DNA of 64,000 nt from an uncultured Clostridia bacterium (GTDB lineage: Bacteria > Bacillota > Clostridia > Christensenellales > CAG-138), in contig CALDNN010000196.1 in NCBI GenBank assembly GCA_937915455.1, forward strand, positions 8,945 to 72,944, given 5' to 3'. This document shows, one piece after another, positions 63,204-64,000 of this stretch. The notes beneath the pieces are model-generated. The model saw only the letters and a list, made by a program, of their open reading frames with translations. It was not told the origin of the DNA and ran no database searches. Numbering within the stretch: position 1 is the first letter of the stretch; every line of letters begins with the position of its first letter. Made by a program: the position numbers and the translations under genes.

Positions 63204-63210
63204 AAGAAAA

Positions 63211-63235
63211 GGCTAGATGATATCTAGCCTTTTTG
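63211..63235 (+). terminator. Terminator after tRNA-Leu
   Basis: GGCTAGAT-GAT-ATCTAGCC followed by TTTTT. Confidence 0.8.
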
Positions 63236-63273
63236 CATATACTGTTACATCGAATAACACGCGAAATAACACA

Positions 63274-63441
63274 CTACCCAATTATTCTGTTTAGTGGCTC
63301 GTCCATCATTTCGGCGGCGCGATCAAGGTCTCCCTCTATCTCGTGGCAATAGGTTCCGTCAGAATCCATGTTCTTGCTGTGCCCGAGAATAAGCTTTTTA
63401 AGAGCATCGGGCATGTCTTTGTTCATGCTTGAAAGGGTTGC
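63274..63441 (-). pseudogene. Tyrosine recombinase (phage-type integrase) C-terminal remnant
   Basis: An open stretch of ~55 codons bounded upstream by TAG: ...MNKDMPDALKKLILGHSKNMDSDGTYCHEIEGDLDRAAEMMDEPLNRIIG. It carries the LGHS...TYxH catalytic-Tyr box, and the rest of the gene is absent. Lies 70 nt from the tRNA 3' end. Confidence 0.65.
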
Positions 63442-63775
63442 CTAACTCAGACGATCTACTCCTCATAGACCTGGACAATGGGGGGCCGGAGGGGCATGTA
63501 TGGATAGATAAGCGCCTCATGGCACCGGACGAATTTATCGCAACACTCAAACCCATCGTAGAAAAACACAATATGACATTGGAGGTAGACCTATGAAGTA
63601 TTATCCCATTGTAACCGTAGTAACCCTAAAGGGCGGCGACCGCCCAATTATGATATTGATGATTTAATATTACTCGGAAGCGGTTTATATGGGAAAATTA
63701 TAGGCCAAAGGAATAGCACCAAACAATCGTTTAGAATATTATGATATTATGAATGAATAATTGAGGTGCTATGCT

Positions 63776-64000
63776 ATGGTATCCACTCCGGATGTCCAAG
63801 ATCTTCCATATAAACCTCAAAACGGTGTTAAATATTTTAAACTCATTGCCGAACCTGTAAGAAGAGAGATTCTGCCTGGTTTATACATAAACGGTTGGGG
63901 ATATAACGGAAGCATACCTGGCCCGACCATCCAGGTCTACTCCGGAGACTATGTGAATATCCGAGTTGTCAATCATCTGCCTCAAGCGACAAGTGTGCAT
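63776..64000 (+). CDS. Multicopper oxidase, N-terminal fragment (runs off the window)
   Basis: MVSTPDVQDLPYKPQNGVKYFKLIAEPVRREILPGLYINGWGYNGSIPGPTIQVYSGDYVNIRVVNHLPQATSVH, a cupredoxin domain-1 pattern ending at the first HxH copper site. GAGGTG RBS. Confidence 0.75.
   Translation, partial: MVSTPDVQDLPYKPQNGVKYFKLIAEPVRREILPGLYINGWGYNGSIPGPTIQVYSGDYVNIRVVNHLPQATSVH

Noticed and set aside
1-64000. CRISPR arrays, rRNA genes, intact insertion sequences, and known defence systems (restriction-modification, toxin-antitoxin pairs, CBASS/retron-type genes).
   Set aside because: No regularly spaced repeats, no rRNA-like sequence, no transposase or inverted terminal repeats, and no nuclease, cyclase or reverse-transcriptase motifs were seen in any supported ORF. 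The only mobile traces are the integrase stub and the dead Fic gene.

Overview
This is a high-GC (roughly 60% by eye) chromosomal window that reads like an anaerobic, spore-forming Gram-positive (Clostridia-type) genome. Supporting signs are lipobox lipoproteins, long-form HPF, NrdDG, FeoAB with a FeoB-associated Cys-rich peptide, a DUF421/DUF4363 pair and a SpoVB/MurJ-type flippase. About 60 genes can be supported.

Left to right the window contains:
- an AgrC/AgrA-like two-component pair
- an arsR-arsD-arsA-arsC operon with no arsenite pump
- a decayed Fic gene
- trkA-trkH
- a divergent metal-cofactor locus: a FecE/FecB-type ABC ATPase and SBP without a permease, behind a consensus promoter and a ~236-nt structured leader, facing MoeA-like + DUF364
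- a malic enzyme
- a large L-rhamnose regulon: rhaM-rhaA plus a 4-gene ABC importer on the minus strand, and an AraC regulator plus a 7-gene translationally coupled operon on the plus strand
- an MBL hydrolase, a GNAT, a ferredoxin and a frameshifted HxlR regulator
- copA-lipoprotein-copZ
- a Mo-hydroxylase (XDH-family) operon broken by two frameshifts
- hpf and feoAB
- a TIGR01440 protein, a candidate structured RNA and a zinc-ribbon gene
- nrdDG with NrdR boxes
- housekeeping and envelope genes
- tRNA-Leu(GAG) followed by an integrase remnant, a GC drop and the 5' end of a multicopper oxidase

No CRISPR array, rRNA, intact transposase or recognisable defence system was seen.

The best candidates for undescribed biology are:
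1. the MoeA-like/DUF364/permease-less ABC locus with its unclassified leader RNA
2. the three unassigned genes fused onto the rhamnose operon (PHP phosphoesterase, tandem class II aldolase with a degenerate second domain, sorbose-1-P-reductase-like dehydrogenase)
3. the internally duplicated lipoprotein wedged between copA and copZ
4. the ~230-nt structured RNA upstream of the zinc-ribbon gene

All family assignments come from motif recognition by eye. No database search was run.
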